Shown here: in pieces, positions 61,063 through 64,000 of the stretch
Layout: the number at the start of each line of letters is the position of its first letter
Numbering within the stretch: position 1 is the first letter of the stretch
Source of the DNA: Malacoraja senta
Lineage: Eukaryota
Assembly: GCA_038087875.1 (NCBI GenBank)
Contig: CM075988.1
Location: forward strand, 8,868,001 to 8,932,000
Length of the DNA stretch: 64,000 bases
Reading direction: 5' to 3'
Position numbers and translations under genes: made by a program
The notes under the pieces: model-generated
What the model was told of the DNA's origin: nothing
The model's input: the letters and a program-made list of their open reading frames with translations, nothing else
Database searches by the model: none

Positions 61063-61470
61063 CTCCCCCCCGCCCCCCCTTCCATTCCGTATCTGGCCTC
61101 TCTGTCCTGGGTCTCCTCCATGCCCACAGTGAGCAACACCGTAAATTGGAGGAAATGCACCTCATATTCCGCTTGGGCAGTCTACATCCTGGGGGTTTGA
61201 ACATTGAATTCTCCCAATTCTGCTAGCCCTTGCTGTCCCCTCCCCTTCATCAGCCATCTGGTTGTCTCCTCCCCTCCCCCAGCCCTCGGGCTCCTCCTCC
61301 GCCTTTTTCCTTTTTTCCTTTCTTCTCCCCACCCCCTATCAGTCTGAAGAAGGGTTTCGGCCCGAAACGTTACCTATTTCCTTCGCTCCATCGATGCTGC
61401 TGCACCCGCTGAGTTTCTCCAGCATTTTTGTGTACCTTCGATTTTCCAGCATCTGCAGTTCCTTCTTTAA
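61063..61470 (+). mobile_element. Penelope-like 3' fragment, same family as 22448-23265
   Basis: Closely similar to 22876-23265. 14-bp TSD CATTTTTATTTACA (61049-62 and 61471-84). Confidence 0.88.
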
Positions 61471-61554
61471 CATTTTTATTTACATACTGGTTAACAAAAT
61501 CACTTATAATTTAATGTCCATTTCTACTTGTCTCTGACCTGAAGAGGCAATTAA

Positions 61555-62720
61555 TAGACAATAGACAATAGGTGGGAGGAGTAGGCTATTCGGCCCTTCG
61601 AGCCAGCACTGCCATTCAACGTGATCATGGCTGATCATCCACAATCAGTACTACTTTGTTCGGCCTGGAGAAACATACAAGTCAGAGCAGGCAAGGATAG
61701 TCATAGAGGGAGGGAACAGGCCCTTCAGCCCAACTTGCTCATGCCGACCAACATACCCCATCTACATTAGTTCCACCTGCCTGCTTTTGGCCCATATCCC
61801 GCCTGTCCTATCCATGTACCTTTCTAAATATAGCTTAAACGTTGCGATAGTACTTGCCTCAACTATCTCCTCTGGCAGCATGCATCATACATTCACCACC
61901 TTTTGTGTAAAAAAGTTACCACTCAAGTTCCCTTTCAATCTTCCCCCCCCTCACCCTAAAACTATGTCCTCTGGTTCCCGATTCCCCTACTCTGTACAAA
62001 AGATTCTGTGCATTTACCTGATCTATTCCTCTCATGATTTTATACACCTCTATGTTTAGTTTAGTTTAGTTTAGTTTAATTTAGGGATACAGCACAGAAA
62101 CAGGCCCTTCAGCCCACCCTGTTCGTGCCGACCAGCGATCCCCACTTATTAACACTATCCTACACCCACTAGGGACAATTTTTACATTTACCAAGCCAAT
62201 TAACCTACATACCTGTACACCTTTGGAGTATGGGAGGAAACCGAAGATCTCGAAGAAAACCCACGCAGGTCACGGGGAGAACTCCATACAGACAAGCACC
62301 TGTAGTCGGGATCGAACCCAGGTCTCTGGCGCTGCATTCACTGTAAGGAAGCAACACTATCACTGCGCCACTGTGCAGATCCTTCATCCTCCTGCACTCC
62401 AAGGAATAAAGCCCTAGGTTGTTCAATCTCTCCCTATAGCTCAGTCCCTCGAGTCCTCGCAACATCCTGGTAAATCTTTTCTGAACCCTTTCAAGCTTGT
62501 GAATATCGTTCTTATAGCATGGTGACCAAAACTGAACACAATACTTTACTTGTGGCCTCACCAAAGTCTTGTATAACTGTAATATAACCTCCCAACGTCT
62601 GTACTCAGTATTCTGACTGATGAAGGCCAATGTGCCAAAAACATACTTGACCACCCTATCCACCTGTGACGCCACTTTCAAAGAACTTTGCATCTGTACT
62701 GCTAGGTCCCTCTGTTCCAC
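61555..62720 (-). mobile_element. CR1 fragments interrupted by a V-SINE (62054-62375)
   Basis: ORF 62205-62828 contains LYKTLVRPQVKYCVQFWSP and LERVQKRFTRML. Confidence 0.8.
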
Positions 62721-63393
62721 AGGGTGGCAGACTGAAGAAGAACAACAGTGAATGATAGAGTTTTTGAATGATAATCTATAAAATTCATGTTTGTCATTCC
62801 TAATACTAAATTGTTTTATTCCAGACATATCAGATCAAACCTATACAGTCACAGTTGTGAATGGTGGTTCTTAACTGGATGAGCTGCTTATGTATGGATG
62901 AGGTAGCACACCTCTGCTCTGGTGCTGAAGGAGGAGGTTCCAAAAAATATCCTTCTCTTCATCACGATAGGACCAGACAACCTCCTGACTATAATTCCAG
63001 AGATGTACTGGAGAATTAACAGCACCTCTAGTTAATCTGTTACAGCAGTGTTACAACACTGGCATCTAACCAACAATGTGCAGCGTTTAGTCACATTGTT
63101 CAACTTGCATAATGCAACCACATGATACACATTTATTTATATATACATTGAAGTTAAGCAAAATATTAATCTTCCTGCACTTGCACTTGCATGCCTTGCT
63201 GCACTAAATCTTGTAGGATGAAAAGCCGTACGATTAAAAGATTAAGTATTTTGTAAGCACAGAAAATAATGAAAGAATAAAAGTTTGTTGCACTATTTTC
63301 AACTGAATGCACTCCTCATACTTATTTCCATATTAATCTTCAGAATGTAATTCTCTTTTCTCTCCTCTCCCTACCACCTGCTATTCAATGCAG

Positions 63394-63464
63394 CCATTGG
63401 TCTAGACCCTGCAGATTGGGCAGCACAATTAGAGGATCGATTCTACAACAACCATATATTCAAG
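63394..63464 (+). CDS. SPA17: SPA17 second coding exon (gene continues beyond the window)
   Basis: Acceptor atgcAG, donor AAG|GTAAGT. Encodes AIGLDPADWAAQLEDRFYNNHIFK with the DPxxW...EDRFYNNH SPA17 signature, in frame with the previous exon. Confidence 0.93.
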
Positions 63465-64000
63465 GTAAGTGCTTGCACGTTTTGACACTTTGGGAGATTG
63501 TGTTATATTTTTAAGTTCCCAAATAAGTGAAACACAATTTAAGACATACAGTATTGGAAAACCATTTATGGCACATTTACCCCTATAGTGGTGTAGAATC
63601 TCATTTTGCATCTTCTATTGCCAGAAGGGTGAAGCCTTTGGAGAAATTGATATACAATATTACAATACAAAGCCTTAATCATTGTCTTAAAAATTAGTGG
63701 GGGTTTGATCAGGTAGGCAGAGAAAATAGCTTTATTGCAGGAGAATCAATGACCAAAGGTTTTAGGCCTTTCTACTTTTTGTCTGAAGGTTTACTCAAAG
63801 CCATCTGCAAGTTGAATTAATCCTCTAACAGTTTAAATTCTGCAAGCATCATATTTATACAATCATATAAATTGGGCTACTTGTTTGCTTGGATTATGTG
63901 AGAGTCAGATGGGAGTGGGTGAACAGTCCGGATGCGGATGTGGTCAAGACGCAAAGGCCTTGCGGTATCCTATGGATAGCCGTTCCTTTAGCTGTTCCTT

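Overview
Eukaryotic, intron-rich, repeat-dense DNA, most likely from a cartilaginous fish (skate/ray-like; inferred from the HE1-type V-SINE, HER1/CR1 LINE and Penelope repeat landscape). Two host genes lie on the + strand. One is a complete 7-exon CTX-family Ig-superfamily gene, best matching VSIG2 (CDS 4532-32032, about 317-319 aa). The other is the 5' part of SPA17 (CpG/RFX promoter near 58.6 kb, coding exons 59911-60064 and 63394-63464). The rest is mostly transposon debris: CR1, Rex/Babar, Tx1, Penelope (GIY-YIG), V-SINEs, and Harbinger and hAT non-autonomous elements, many with clean target-site duplications (TSDs). The most striking observation is two tiny (about 143 and 171 bp), TSD-flanked, (AAG)n-tailed insertions at 17215 and 45965. 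Each begins with a minimal HDV-like ribozyme fold, the two copies show compensatory P1/P2/P3 changes, and the core closely resembles the mammalian CPEB3 ribozyme. Abundant Penelope-derived repeats also carry a minimal hammerhead core. Gene and repeat-family names come from recalled sequence similarity, not from database searches.
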